This document shows, piece after piece, positions 1-12,916 of a DNA stretch of 64,000 nucleotides. Below the pieces are notes generated by a model. That model did not search any database and was not told the DNA's origin. It saw only the letters and a list, made by a program, of their open reading frames with translations. The stretch comes from Lingula anatina (lineage: Eukaryota > Animalia > Brachiopoda). Where the stretch lies: positions 60,924,788 to 60,988,787 of the forward strand of contig CM120640.1 in the NCBI GenBank assembly GCA_051362555.1, in the 5' to 3' direction. Positions within the stretch are counted from its first letter, which is position 1, and the number at the start of each line of letters is the position of its first letter. The position numbers were made by a program, and so were the translations under genes.

Positions 1-428
1 TTATTTGATTTTGCATATATAGCCACCAGTCATAGCCTTAGGACTCTCCATGAGGTTGTTCTGTACGTGGCATGCCTCTCCATGTATTGGAATTATGATT
101 TTTCTGTCAATTCAATTTTGCAGATAGTTTCATATTTGAAAAAATGCCTAGCTAGACATTAGATTTCAAAGTATATGACTTCATAATTCTCATATTGCAC
201 ATGCCGTTTTGCATGCAAAGATGCTTACATTGATGCATATTTGGAATATATCTATATCTGATACCTAGCAACAACCTGAATCAAATTTTTGCAAAAAATT
301 CCAAATTTACATAGTTGTGTTATGTTAAATTCTTTGGATCCCTCTACTCTAATTAAAATTATTTAAGCTTAACATGATCTGGAAGGGTTAGTTCTAAAAA
401 TGTTATAATTTACTTTATGCCATTTCAG

Positions 429-2232
429 GTCCCACTAGTGTTTCCAGTCCTCAGATCCACGAACACAGTGCCTACTCATACCTTAATCAACCAAAGAGGA
501 ACTCCTACTTTTGGCAATACAATGTGCAATCAAAAGGCCCAAAAGGGCAGCGTCTTTGTGTTCCCTTAGACGAAAGTGACCCACATGTGTTGAATGACTT
601 TGAAGACCCAGTTTTTGACCCAGGCCAGAGGGCAGTGTTTGGTATAAGACATGGTGGAAAAGCAAGAAAAGGAGATGGCAATGATGTGGTGCCAAATCCA
701 AGGAAACTTTATCAGATTGGCAATGAACTTGACAGGCTGAACAAGCACATTGGGGATATGACACCAGTTAGTGAGCTGCCGGTAAATGTGCGTTCCAAAT
801 CACGTAGAGAGAAGAATAAGCTGGCATCCAGGTATGTGTAACATAAGGCTTTTGAACTTACTGCCTTTATTTTCAACGGGCACTATAAACGGGCAAAGCT
901 TTTGCGACTTGGAGCCTCAGATTTGTGAGCAAGGATGCCCAAATTGAGGACTTGAGCGGAAAATGAGTACTCGCACATACAATTAGTAGCCACTAGCAAA
1001 GCATTACAACGCACAACCACTCTCTCACTGTGTTTGTGTCTACAAATTTCCCCCCTGGGGTACTTAATTTGTGGCTCAAGTCTGAATTTGAGCATTCATG
1101 CTCAAAGATCTAAGGCTTGTGGCTTGTCTCTTAGTTGAAATCTCCCAAAAAATTTGTCTTTCTTAAAGTAGAATACATTACCATTTGTACTCAAAAATGT
1201 TATTGCATTATATTTTTATCAGTTGATAATTAGATTTTAGCACGTTATTTCATTTTTTTTTTTTTTTTAAATTTGATATCAAGATTAAATTGTTTTGATC
1301 ATCTTACAGTATTTGGTAATAATGAAATGTGAACATATCTTGAAATTACATCTTTTTTTATTTTAGGGCATGTCGTTTGAAGAAAAAAGCTCAGCATGAA
1401 GCTAATAAAGTCAAACTTTATGGATTGAATAAAGAGCACAGTACGTTTTGATGAGGCTTTATAACAGTATATATTTAGAAACATTTCAATTAACATCTAG
1501 ATTTATACCTAATTGGATTTTTATTAGCCAAAGTAATCCTGTCATACCTATGTCAGTCTTTCTGAAATAATAAAACATTGATTATGTGCTTAAATTATTT
1601 TGAAATTATAGTCGGAGATGCCCTTGTTTGATGATTTGGTGTTATATTTCATCTGGTAATTGAGAATGTCATACTTCCAGGGCAACTAATGAAGGTGCTC
1701 AATGATTTCCGGGAGGTGATTACAGCAAGATGTAAGGATCCTTACACAAACTTCAGTGTTGCATCCTCTTTGGATCAGCTAATCAGAGATAATCTGAGTA
1801 AGTTCTATTTCGTTCAAACATAGAACATGGTTTTGAACATGGTTTTGAAGTTACTTTTGTTGAAAGTAGGGAAACTACAGAAAGTCCAATGAGAGTAAAT
1901 GATTTTGTGAGATATTAAAATGGTTCAGCTATAGTTTGAAATATGCAAAAGGTAAAGATATTCAAAGAATAAATGTGTTTGTATTTTCATTATTTTATGA
2001 GTAAAAATTATTTATTTTAAAAAGTGTTCAATAACTGTTGCTCTGTAACTTGACTAAGAAAAGCATATTTTTCTGACTTGGATTACATTTTTTTTGTAAG
2101 TTAATTGTCTGACCAAACTAATATATCCCTCTCATTATAGCCCACATGATTGCTGGTCATGCTGCAGACTATGTGAACACAGTTCTAGACAAAGTGAAAC
2201 GTGGAGATCCTAAGGGTGGGCTGAAGTATTGA
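429..2232 (+). CDS. CREBRF: CREB3 regulatory factor / REPTOR bZIP transcription factor, last four coding exons (429-831, 1367-1440, 1681-1797, 2141-2232); 5' part outside window
   Basis: Spliced translation [47 protein letters not shown]|[24 protein letters not shown]|RQLMKVL...LIRDNL|[30 protein letters not shown] closely follows the conserved CREBRF C-terminus. All introns are GT..AG and phase-consistent. Confidence 0.93.
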
Positions 2233-5200
2233 ATTAATCCTTCGATGAATGAACCCTTGGTTTCATATACTTCCTAAGAACTTTCTGAAACAGCTTGTCC
2301 TACATATTGCCATGATCATCAAGTATTCGGATCTTTTTCATACTTTTGGGGTGACTGAGATCAGAATGGAAGGGCTTCTTATGTATGCTTATCAAACTGC
2401 ACTTCTGGTTTGAGCCCATGGAACCTGACAGTTTCAAGAACACCAACTTAGTTCATACTGTACAAACTGCCAAGCTAGGTTTTAATGACTTGCTACAGTA
2501 ACAGTGAAGTTAGTGTTCAGTGGATGTTAATTTATTATTGTCACTTGTTTCATATAAATGTACGTGATTTATGAAGGCAGTTCAATTCAGTATCAGAAAG
2601 TTTGACACAAAAATATGATATTTTTCATACTTCTAGCATTTAGTTTTCCTTTTTTTCTGCTTATTTATGTGTACTGCTGGTAATAATGTGTGTGAACTGC
2701 AGATGATAAGATGAAGACTTGTTTTGATCTAAATTAAGGCTTTAGGAAGACTTGGAACATTGGAAAAAGTAAGGACATTCTAGTTTTTATAGGGAATTTT
2801 ATCTGCTTAAGTTGTCTTCTGTGTTATAAATTTAGTTTTGGTGTAGAAAGATGCTGATGTATGTAATATGTAATTATACAATATTTTCAGTGTAATTAGT
2901 TGTTTAATTTATTGAATTATATACATACATCTACACTTGAATGTTGCACATAGTAAAATTGTGAAAAGTTATAAAAATGGTGAATTGCACATATTTAATT
3001 TTTTAGGTACTATGTAAATGTAACAGATGCAGAAATTGGTGTGTCCTCAAAAGATTCTAAGTGAGATATATAAATTGTCTCCTATGTTGTTAATTATGAC
3101 CAACTACATATTAGAACAACTGACAATAGGCACCATCCCAGATAGCAAGAAGACCCACGAGTTATTATAAAACTAAGTGTGGTTTGGAAGGATTTGTATG
3201 TTTTTATGTGTCGGTAGATTATAACTCATTTGGCAGAGTTCTTGGGCATAATGTTTTCTTCATATCTCCTAAAATATTAGCCCTGCTTCATTCATTTGTT
3301 CTTATTTTACTCATTCTAGTCTTGCATGACATCACACACTGCAGTCAGCCTCATTTAAGGTTATCTTGAATGGTCCCTATAATGTAGATTTTTTTTTTTT
3401 TTTGGGGGGGGGGCTTGAGTGCTATTACAATTAAATGTTAGGGTGATAGGTATAATGTATTTGGTAATGTATGAGGTGACAGCATACCTATACTATTCAG
3501 CTGCTGATTTGTATAGATATATAGATTCCAAATATATTGCTGTGCAATGCTAAGCCTAGGCTAGAATTGTCAATTAATTTTTTTCCTTTTAGTAATTATG
3601 AGTTGTAAATATGGCATATAAGATCCTGGAGTTATATTTTCTTATCTTATTAGTCTGTAACATACATACAATATCTATATTATAAAAAAGTCAATGTGTT
3701 CAAAATCTTGTCCATGTTTGTTAACTGTGATATTAAAGATACCTTAATACTTGTAAATATATGTACAAATACAACATATCAGCAGCTGAAGTTTCATCAA
3801 CTAGCAAAAGTATTTGAATTAGGGATTCCCTTTATGTGGCTCCCATGCAATGTGATAAGTAGGTCAGAATTAGATAAGAACAATGTAGAAAGATGTAAAG
3901 AAAAATATCAAATACAAGAATATAATTTATGAAGATAATTTGTTTTACATTATAGAGAATATATTGTCTGTCACACATGGCAACCTTCTGTTTACTTGGT
4001 ACACAGCCATCAGAGAAAAAGTCAGTTTGGTAAAACATCCTAGTCCCAGTTGTTACAACTGGTCTTATGCTGGTCTGTGGAGACTGGAGAATAAACATTT
4101 GTGCCTATTTTGGCATGGTTATTGCTGATGTCATGTTCAGCAATGTGAAGATAAACACTCGATTCCAGAGAAACTGGCGTTTCCACTGGTGTTCTCCATA
4201 TGATATTTGAATTAATGGTCAATATATACATTTTCCTGGGTGTGTCAGCAATTACATGCCTAAAATTCAAAATTATTTAACTGTTTTAGGTACTGTTGTG
4301 TAATATTATTCCTCTGGTGTACCTAGCCCTGCTGGTGGCACATACCCAGAAGGCTTCTGAACACCTTCCTGGTCCTGTATGGAAACAAACCCCCACATTA
4401 TTTATATTATGTTTTGAAATTGAGGGTAGTGATAGGGGTTGAGGTTTAAGTTTTGAATAACAATATAAAAAAGTTTTAAAGGAAAAAAAACAAAAATTGT
4501 ATTGAGTAGGTTATGTTTTTGGTTACAGGTGATATAAAACTTGCATCTGACTGCCTCTTTAACATGTTACCTACAGTAAACTGTAATTTAGCTCTTATGG
4601 CTGAAAAATGATGGTTATGTCTGACAATTTTGATAAAATGGTTAAAGAGCACAACTGGTCCCAAATTTGAGAAAATTAGATTTTTTCACTTATTAAAAAA
4701 GCAAATCATTGGGTTTTGGTTAATAAAGTGGGGGAATTTTGGAACTGATACCAGTAAAAAGCTGTTGTTAATTGTTTTATGTTTTTTAAGCTGCATACAC
4801 TGTGGATTTGATATTTCCTCCCCACAATACAAAGTTTAGATCAAGTTCTAAAATTTAGCTGCTATTCTTCTTTTAAAAACATACTTAAAATACAAAATTT
4901 TGTCTACCAGCCCCGTTTCCCCCCCCTCTTTCACCATGTTATCAAATTTGTTTAGTCTGCACATGATGATAATTCTGAGCAGATAAAGATCACTTTGTTC
5001 TATGCATGGAACAGGCCAGTGTATCATTTTTTTTAAATTGAATCATTGTTTTTTATCATTATCTCAAAACTAATGTGAGATCCATATTAGAAATTATTTT
5101 GTCTTCTAAATGATATTGATCATGGGCTGTGCACTGAGTCATGTTGATGCAAAACTGTTTGATTCAGTTTATTGCAAAGAATTTACTACCGTTGATATTT

Positions 5201-5625
5201 AAATAGCTGGAACATTGGGAGAGCTTCCCCTTTTCTACTATTTCTTAGTATGGACAGATGCTGTCATCTCCTTTATATTGTTAAAATATTGTAAAATGTT
5301 TTGAAAATAAAGCTGAAAATGCATTTTATAGTGTGTACTTAAAACAAGCGGTATAAAGTGATTGCTAATTAGTAAGCTTATAAAAACTGAGTAAGGCTGT
5401 AAAATTATCTTAAATTTTGACAAACGTTGCATACACAAAGGCCACCTACTGAAAGTTAGAATAATATTTTTTTTTAGATTTCCCCTGTTACAAGTGAACA
5501 ATCATGCGGCCTTTACGTGAAAATAAAATACATAATGATAATGTTCAGAGAAGAAAATATTTAAATTCCTGAGAGGTATTACCTCATTCATTGAAAAATG
5601 TATTAATGTTTAATATTATTTATAA

Positions 5626-8600
5626 TGGGGTAGCGGGGTGAAATAATTTCACCAATAGGAGCAGTAAGGCGTCTCCTTCCCTCCGCTAGTCTGTGGGAGA
5701 CCCTTGGGCAAGGTCAAGTACCCACTTAGCCCCCCGATCAGGGTACGTGAAGTCACGGCAGGCAGGTGATGGAGGAATGTTGAGCAGCCAAATAGTTTGG
5801 GAACTGGTCAGCTTTTCATTGTGTTAGGCAGATGATACTTTCTAGTACAATGGCTAAGACAACCTGCTCAGTAGGAGCACTGCCCCTATAGAAAGTAATT
5901 GCAACCTACTATAGGTATATCTTTGCAAAGAAAATCATGGCAAGAAAAACCAAAATGAAGTCAGACAACAGCGTGAAAGGGGTTTCGAGCTCAACTGGAA
6001 ACTCCTCGCTCGGTAGGGAGGATCATGTGCGACAGGTGTCACCCGATCGTCATCAAGCGACTGTCTGCAACCGCCAACAACTGAAAATAGGAACGTGGAA
6101 TGTGCAAACAATGCTACAGAAAGGAAAATTGGAAAATGTGAAACAAGAAATGAAAAGGATGAAGCTCAACATATTCGGACTCTCTGAAATGAGATGGAAG
6201 GGAGCGGGCTGTATAACATCAGACGGCTACAAAATTATCTACTCAGGAGGAGAACATCACTACAGAGGAGTTGGTGTGATACTCGACCCAGAAACCTCTA
6301 AAGCCATCAAGGGTTTCTGGACGGTCAGCGACAGGGTCATCATTGTTTAACTCCAAGGTAAACCTTTTGACATTGGCCTCATACAAATATATGCACCAAC
6401 TGCAGACAAAGACGAAGAAGAAGTTGAAATCTTCTACGAAACAGTCAAGAAAGCAATGACACAACTGAAGTCACAGGACATTAAGATTGTAATGGGAGAC
6501 TTCAATTCAAAGGTCGGGAGTGAAAGAACAGAAAATATTGTAGGACCATTTGGAATAGGAGAGAAAAATGAGAGGGGAGACAGACCCATTGAATTTTGCA
6601 AAGAACACAACCTTACAGTAATGAACACCTGGTTCAAAAATCATCCAAGATGTTGGACATGGAAAAGCCCAGGAGATAGAACTCGAAATCAGATCGACTT
6701 TATACTAATTCAGGAACGCTTTCGAAACTCGATAACATCATGCAAATCCATGCCTGGAGCAGATTGTGGCAGTGACCATGTGCCTGTGGTTGGTACAATG
6801 AAGCTTAAGCTAAAACGGCTAAGGAGAGCAAAAACAACACCAAAGCTACAAATCAACATATTAGAAAGCGAAGAAATGATGAATAAGTATAGCATCAGTG
6901 TAAAAAACAAATTCAGTGCACTAGAGCAATTGACCACGGCAGAAGAAAGGTGGCAGATGATGAAAGAGAGCATGCTAGAATCTGCAAAAGAACACATTCC
7001 TGTCACAAAAAGAAAGGAAGACAAAAAATGGATGACACTGGAAATTCTAGGCCTAATGGAAGACAGAAGAAAAGCAAAAGCAGACGAACAAAAACACAGA
7101 GAAATAGACAAACGAGTGAAAAAAAGGTGCAATGAAGCAAAGGAACATTGGATTAACACACAGTGTGAGGAAATTGAAGCCAACACCGGAATAAATAGCA
7201 AAATTATGCACCAAAAGATAAAAGAGGTCACAGGGAAAAAAATGTCAGCAAAAACAGGGTGCCTAAGATCAAGAGATGGAGACATTCTTATGGAAAAGGA
7301 GGGCATCCTCAACAGGTGGTCAGAATACATCACAGAGTTGTATCACAATGACAGAGGCGCACCACCTATCATCAGTAATGAAGATGAAGGCCCCCACATT
7401 CTTGAGGAGGAAGTTCAAAAGGCCCTTAAAAAGATGAAAAAGGGCAAGGCCGCAGGGCCCGATGACATTCCATCCGAAATGCTAATCGCTCTAGGCGAGT
7501 TTGGAACCAAAGAATTAACAAAACTTCTCAACACTATCCATGCTACAGGTGAAATTCCAACAGATCTCAAAAAGTCTGTGTACATTGCACTACCCAAAAA
7601 ACCAGGCACAGTTGAATGCGATCAGCCGCACAATAAGTCTTATGAGCCACCTTACAAAAGTCATGTTACGAGTGCTGATGAACAGAATGAGAAATAAAAT
7701 CCTACCTGAGATATCTGAAACCCAATTTGGATTTATGGCAGATAAAGGTACCAGAAATGCCATCTTTGCCCTGAGGACCCTCATGGAAAGGGCGATTGAG
7801 GTACAAAAGGACTTGTACCTCTGCTTCATTGTCTATTCCAAGGCATTTGACAAAGTAAGACATTCCGATCTGTTCGACATTTTACTAAGACAGAACTGTG
7901 ATGGAAAAGATCTTAGAGTGATCAGAAACTTGTACTGGGAACAAGAAGCTGCAATAAGAGTTGATAATGGTTACAGTGAGTACAGACCAATCTGTAGGGG
8001 AGTGAGGCAGGGCTGCGTTTTATCTCCAGACCTCTTCAATATCTACAGCGAAATGATTCTACGGAACATAGAGCAGCATGAAGGTGTCAAAGTAGGTGGT
8101 CACAACATAAACAATCTAAGATATGCGGATGACACAGTGCTAATTGCTGACTCAGAGGAAAAACTACAAAACATCCTTACAACAGTCATAATCGAAAGCG
8201 AAAACAAAGGACTCCAACTGAATTCAAAGAAGACTGAGTGCATGGTAATCTCAAAACAGTCAGACATGCCTGTATGTAACATTTTATGCAAAGGGGAAAG
8301 AATAAAACAAGTTTGCACCTTTAAATACTTGGGCTTCACAATAACTCCAGACGCCAGATGCGACACAGAAATAAAGAAGAGAATCGCTTTGTCTAAAGAC
8401 ACATTCACCAAGATGAAGCCCATCTTTACCAACAGAAATATAAGACTCAGCACCAAAATCAACACTCTGAAAGCCTACATATGGTCCATCCTTCTGTACG
8501 GATGCGAATGCTGGACGCTAACAAAAGACCTCGAAAGAAGACTTGAAGCAGCAGAAATGTGGTATATCAGAAGAATTATGAGAATATCATGTACTGAAAA

Positions 8601-8912
8601 GAAGTCAAATGAAGAAGTAATGGAAATGGCCGGGTACAAAAGATCCCTACTCAGAACCATCAGAAAAAGACAACTACAATTTTTTGGGCACATAATCAGA
8701 GCTGATGGAATAGAAAAGCAAATACTGTGTGGAAAGATTTGTGGTACCAAAAGCAGAGGAAGACAACGCACAAAATACACAGACAGTCTGAATAGCTACG
8801 CAATGAGGAAAGAATCCCCCAACAATGAACTCATCAGGAGAACTGACAACAGAGAGGAATGGAAGGCCATGATCGCCGATGTCTGCAACAGACCTGGCAC
8901 ATGAAGAAGAAG
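5626..8912 (+). mobile_element. Full-length RTE-clade non-LTR retrotransposon (APE endonuclease + RT), inactivated
   Basis: APE motifs GTWNV, GLSE, GDFN, SDH; RT motifs GVRQG and YADD; (GAA)n tail at 8903-8912; 11-bp target-site duplication ATTATTTATAA at 5615-5625 and 8913-8923. Premature TAA at 6348-6350 and a frameshift near 7625. Confidence 0.93.
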
Positions 8913-8923
8913 ATTATTTATAA

Positions 8924-11049
8924 AGCACCATGGTTTTGTCTTGAGCTCTCTGAGCTACGCAAAACTGTGAGGAAAGCTGAACGTCAGTGGAAAAGCAGTG
9001 GTATGGAAGTACATCACCAGATATTCAAGGGTAAACGTCTAGAATACTGTCGAAGAGCAGATGATATCAAATCATCTTATCATCGAAATCGCATCAATAA
9101 CTCTGATGTCAATGGCCTTTTTTCAATTGTGGATGAGCTTACAGGCACAAAGAAAGCAGCATCTAGCATTAAACCTACATTATATGTTGAAAGTGATCTT
9201 GGTAACATTTTTCTCAATTACTTTGAGAAGAAAGTTACTGACCTCAGGAACTGTTTAGACAAAACCTTATCTACAGCTTCAACTGATCGCTTGTGTCCAT
9301 ACTCTTTCCATAAGTTCACTACTGTTTCATTGGATACAGTCAAGAAGTTTGTGAAGAAGGCAAAGCCAACGTCGTCCATTCTTGATATTTTACCTCCAGC
9401 ATTGATTGTAGAAAATATTGATGAACTTGTACTTTTTCTAACCCAACTTGTGAACAAATCGCTGGAAACTGGAAAAGTCCCTCTGTGCTTTAAGAAGGCA
9501 GTGATAAGACCACTGATAAAGAAGGCAGACCTTAATTCTAATGTCCTAAAAAACTATCGACCAATCTCGAATCTGTCATTTCTTTCCAAACTCCTGGAAC
9601 GTATTGTTGCAAGCCAATTAAATGACTATTTGAGCAGTTTTTCCTTATATGCAAAATGCCAGTCTGCATATAGACCAAACCACAGTACAGAAACAGCCCT
9701 TCTTAAGGTGCAGAATGACATTCTCCAAGCCCTGAATGATCAGAAACGTGATATTGATTCTTCTTGATCTATCAGCAGCTTTCGATACTCTCGATCACGA
9801 CATATTGCTCCAACGACTTGCACACCGTTTTGGGATAACTGGGACAGTTCTCTCCTGGTTTCGGTCTTATCTAACTGGACGCGAGCAACATGTACGCATA
9901 GGCTCTTCTGTTTCAAAATTAAGCAAATTACTTTATGGTGTGCCACAAGGCTCCGTGCTTGGTCCTATACTGTTTACACTCTACACCTCACCAATTGAGG
10001 ATATAGTTGCTCAGTTTGGTTTCAATTTGATGTTGTATGCAGATGATTCCCAGATATATGTTGTATGTGAAAATCCTTGTGATGAAAAAGCAACTATTGA
10101 GGCTTGTGTGAATGAACTTAGATCTTGGCTCAAGTCCAACTACTTAGTTTTTAATGATGAAAAAACTGAATTAGTCCATTTCAACTCTAAGTTTTCCAAA
10201 GACAATACTGCACTTGATAGTATTAGAGTTGGGGATTCTTTTATAAAACCAACAACAGAAGTAAGGAACTTGGGTGTTATTTTTAATAACAAATGTGAAA
10301 TGACATCACACATTAACAAAGTATGTAAAACAGCATATTTTAGTCTCCAACGGATATCCAAGATCTTTCACCTTATTAACACCAAGCAAACTGAATTACT
10401 CATCCATGCATTTGTAACCTCTAGACTGGATTATTGCAATAGCCTATTGTTTGGAATACCTAACTATCAAATGGAAAAGCTACAATCAATTCAGAACTCT
10501 GCTGCTCGTCTCCTCTGTAAAGCTCAGAAGTCCGACCACATCACACCAATTCTGCGAAACCTCCACTGGCTACCCGTGTCTCAACGAATAGTTTTTAAAA
10601 TATTACTTTTGACTTTTAAGATTTTAAAGGGCAACTGTCCATTTTACTTAAACTCTACCATAGAACTTTTAACTCCTATCAGATCACTTCGATCTAGTGG
10701 ACAACTTCAACTTAAGCGAAAAGACACTAAAAAGACTCTTATGACATAGGGACACAGAAGTTTCGAGATTTGTGCACCGATTTTATGGTCTAATTTTATC
10801 ACAAGATCTAATGTGTCTCTGGATGACTCGTATTACTGTTTTAAGAAGAATTTAAAAACTTTTTTTATTAAAGAATACTTTAATTTATGGCATCTTTTTA
10901 GTTTTTAAAATTTTTAAGTATTTTGTTTTTAGTCTATACTGGCTTTAATTTATCTGTGGAGTTTATATTTTTTATGTAAACAGCGCTGAGACGCATGTGT
11001 AGCGCGGTTTTGAAGAAGTGTTTTATTATTATTATTATTATTATTATTA
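8924..11049 (+). mobile_element. 5'-truncated L2/CR1-group LINE (RT domain), degenerate
   Basis: Motifs [39 protein letters not shown] and LHWLPV. Frameshift near 9745; in-frame TAG at 10747 (T*GHRSF); 3' stem-loop-like CAGCGCTGAG...AGCGC and (TTA)n tail at ~11023-11049. Confidence 0.9.
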
Positions 11050-12181
11050 AAGTCTAGTATTCAACAATATATTGTTGAGAATGAGTGAAAAAGACAGTAA
11101 CTTATTTGCCTAATATTTTTTATCAGTTTTTACCTTTATCTCAATGCTTGTGCTTCACAGGCATTCATCCAAAGTTTGAGGCACACTCAAACTTTGGATG
11201 AATGTTTGAGGCACACTCAAAAAGAAGCACACATTCTATAAATATTAAGTACATGGTTACAGAATGTTCACAAATAAAAATCATTTTATTGTCCTTCTTT
11301 ACTTTTTACCTGAAGTTACTGCTTGGCCATGAAACACTTATGTGTTACATGCTCCAGCTCACGAAAATAACTTTTAAAATAACAACCATGAAAAAAGTTC
11401 TCAAACACAATCATAATTTCATTTATATAAAAAACATAAGAAAATAAATATTTTCAGTTACTTCAAACTACATTAATATGAGCCCTGATGAAGCCTTGAA
11501 TTTATCTGATGACTTCTGTTTCAAGACGTTACGTTTTGCCCTCAAACTTACATAAGTTGGCAGAGTCGGTCAATGTTGGCACTTGTAATGAATATGCTCA
11601 AACATCACTTAGCAAAATGTTTATCAGTAGTCTGTGTTCTTATCTCAAACAATTAAGGGTATATGCAAGCTTGAAAACCGTCAGTCCACTTAGTAAAACG
11701 GACTCAATTCAGGTGAAATATTACTGAATATATCAAATGGATTAAAAGCAAGACATGCCATCGTATCAGTTCTTAATCAAGTGGAACTAAAAAACACCTT
11801 TAACAAAACTACATACAAAACACTATTTTTGTTTAACATTCTTAATCAAAGAATTTGTGAATCAAAAAACATAACCATAGATTCCACATAATTTTAATCC
11901 TTGGAATAAGTCACTAAATTGTAACAAAATAACAATATCACAACCACATCAATTCATGGCAAACAAAATTTAAGACCAACAAACTTCTTCTGCACTCAGT
12001 CTTATTAGACACGTTTACATTGCTTCAGTTTTCCTACTCTTTTCATTACTTTTTGCACATTTCCTTTTCCCCTAAGACTGCATAAGTGCTTTTTTTATCA
12101 CTGTCCCTCTGACAAATGAAGAGGGAAATTGACCAATCTCTGACTTTGCAGTGTTCTTAAATAGTATTCAATGGTCTGTTT

Positions 12182-12859
12182 TCAAAATCCTTCATAAACT
12201 GGTTCTTTTCTTTGATTTCTGGTCAGGGGTGTGGTTTCTTCTGATGAACCTTCATGTACTCTTCTCCTGAAGAAATAGTAGCTCAAACATACCACCACAA
12301 CTATAACAACTGAAACAAAAAAGATTTGATACTTAGACCATTTAAGACCTTGACATTATTTTGATGTATGTTGTAGATCAAATGCCTGCACAGCCGTCAT
12401 TTCTTGTACCTTTATCAAAATGAAAAACAATGATATAGAGCTTGACAAATAATTCAGAACTGAACCCATTCATGTAAATATATTCCACAAATATGAAAAT
12501 AACTTCATTTATACTGATTACAAAATATACCTATTTTTCCCCACAGTTTAACACACACATTTTGATGGACAATCTACTACAGTTACTGCTAGGATTCAAA
12601 AAATATTACCAGACACAGCATTATTACATACTAACACCTAAATATGCTATCATGGCCAATTTCAGTAAAAAAATTATTAACATAAATTTGCATAATTTTT
12701 AGAATAATAATCTGATAGGGGTGTGTTCAGAAAGTTTTAAGTGACTTTAGTGAACAAAACTATTATTACTACTTCCACAACAAAACAGTACACAGCTTCC
12801 AGAACAGCTTAAGCAGACACACATGATGGCTGTACCTTTAAATAAATATCAATGAACAG

Positions 12860-12916
<57 letters not shown>

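Noticed and set aside
845-1115. Possible MITE in the CREBRF intron
   Set aside because: Only weak terminal complementarity; the ends could not be defined with confidence.
832-1680. Apparently missing bZIP basic-region exon in CREBRF
   Set aside because: Found as a 74-nt exon at 1367-1440 that the ORF track does not list.
6710-8780. Long antisense ORFs over the RTE (likewise over the Gypsy at 53509-54999)
   Set aside because: Shadow ORFs produced by the codon bias of the sense strand.
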